A DNA stretch of 64,000 nucleotides. Origin: Lama guanicoe (Eukaryota). The stretch is taken from the NCBI GenBank assembly GCA_013239625.1, contig MU053472.1:3135822-3199821 (forward strand). Direction: 5' to 3'. The position numbers and the translations under genes are program-made. Below the pieces are notes generated by a model. It had not been told where the DNA came from. It ran no database searches and saw only the letters and a program-made list of their open reading frames with translations. Shown here in pieces: positions 62,976 to 64,000 of the stretch (its first letter is position 1; every line of letters begins with the position of its first letter).

Positions 62976-64000
62976 AATTAAATAAAAATTGTTAGATTAT
63001 TAAGTGTGGAAAAATTAATTTTGCAGTCAAAAACCCTGGGCAATACCTATTCACACCCAAGTAAGATGTAGGCAAGGATCAATTTGGAAAAAGGTCAAAG
63101 AGACAAAAGTAACTTTGGAGCAGCAAAATGGCACATCACAAAATAAGAATAAGATTGCATCAAATAGTAGGGGAATCAAGGAAATAAAAGTGCTAAGGAA
63201 AAAAAAATGTGTGTTAAGGGGATGTGAATATATTTCAATTAGAGGACTCAGCGAGCATAGAATGTAGAAAAAGAGTTGAAGAAAGAAGTTTGTCTCCAGT
63301 ATTGTTTCAGGCAGAGAATAACCAGCTGGGAGACTCTACCAAAAGGGAAAGAGGATGATAATAGCAAACAAGAATGCCAGGCATGGAGCATGCCATAGGA
63401 TGTGTTGGATGATGGAACAAGTGAAATGGCTCTAGAGCAGGCTGGGACTTGAAAACTGATCATTGTAGTCAACTCTAGATCATCTAAATTATGTATTTTC
63501 CATGAAAAAAAAAAAGCTGCTTTCAAGTAAGCAGGATAGTTACTAACAAACACTTCAGTTAACACATTTTTATGTTCCTTCTTTACATTTACTTTTTAAC
63601 ACAGCCTGTGGCACATCAGAGCACCTTTTAAAAGGAAACAGTTCTTCTCCAGTAAAGTTCTGAACCACAAAGAAAGAAAGAGGCCTGAAATTTGTATTCC
63701 TCTGACAGCTGATAGTCTTCCTCTTTCTTTCTCCAGTATTTACATAAAAGAAAGCAAGAGTTCCGAGCAGGGGAATAGGGTAGAGAAAAAACTGAACAAC
63801 TTTCTGCATAATCTGAGTCAAGTTTTTACAGTGTTATTTATATTTAGTCTGTTTCAAATGCAGCAAGCTTCATATTTGAGGCATAGTCTTTAAGTTAATC
63901 ATGCTCTGTGTTGAATACAAATCAATGAAAAGTTACTTATTGTTAGTTACTAAACTTGAGAGTACATGGCGCTGCTACTGCTATGGGATTTGAAGAGATT

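Noticed and set aside
1..64000. CRISPR arrays, operons, prokaryotic or viral defence systems, or a novel multi-gene system
   Set aside because: The DNA is mammalian intron/intergenic sequence with no regularly spaced repeat-spacer array and no long unexplained coding ORFs.

Overview
This is mammalian genomic DNA, most likely camelid, judged from 13 copies of a tRNA-Ala-derived SINE matching the camelid Vic-1 type. The minus strand carries the last six coding exons of GDPD1 (59804 down to stop at 50102). All have GT-AG junctions and consistent phases, and candidate poly(A) sites follow. About 38 kb of TE-rich intergenic DNA comes next, then a CpG-island promoter and non-coding first exon (~11.57-11.8 kb, minus strand). 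I assign this exon to YPEL2 from recalled GDPD1-YPEL2 synteny; positions 1-11.5 kb would be its first intron. I see no evidence for a new protein-coding system, and the other ORFs in the track look spurious. The most interesting signals are retrotransposition relics: a young TSD-flanked polyadenylated insert of non-standard sequence (17.9-18.25 kb), a retroposed 3'-UTR-like fragment nested in an L1 (40.5-40.9 kb), an internally deleted L1 and a twin-primed L1. Also notable are inverted SINEs bracketing two GDPD1 exons and a FOXO + E-box module in the CpG island. Repeat family names are recognised by eye from remembered consensus sequences and their boundaries are approximate.
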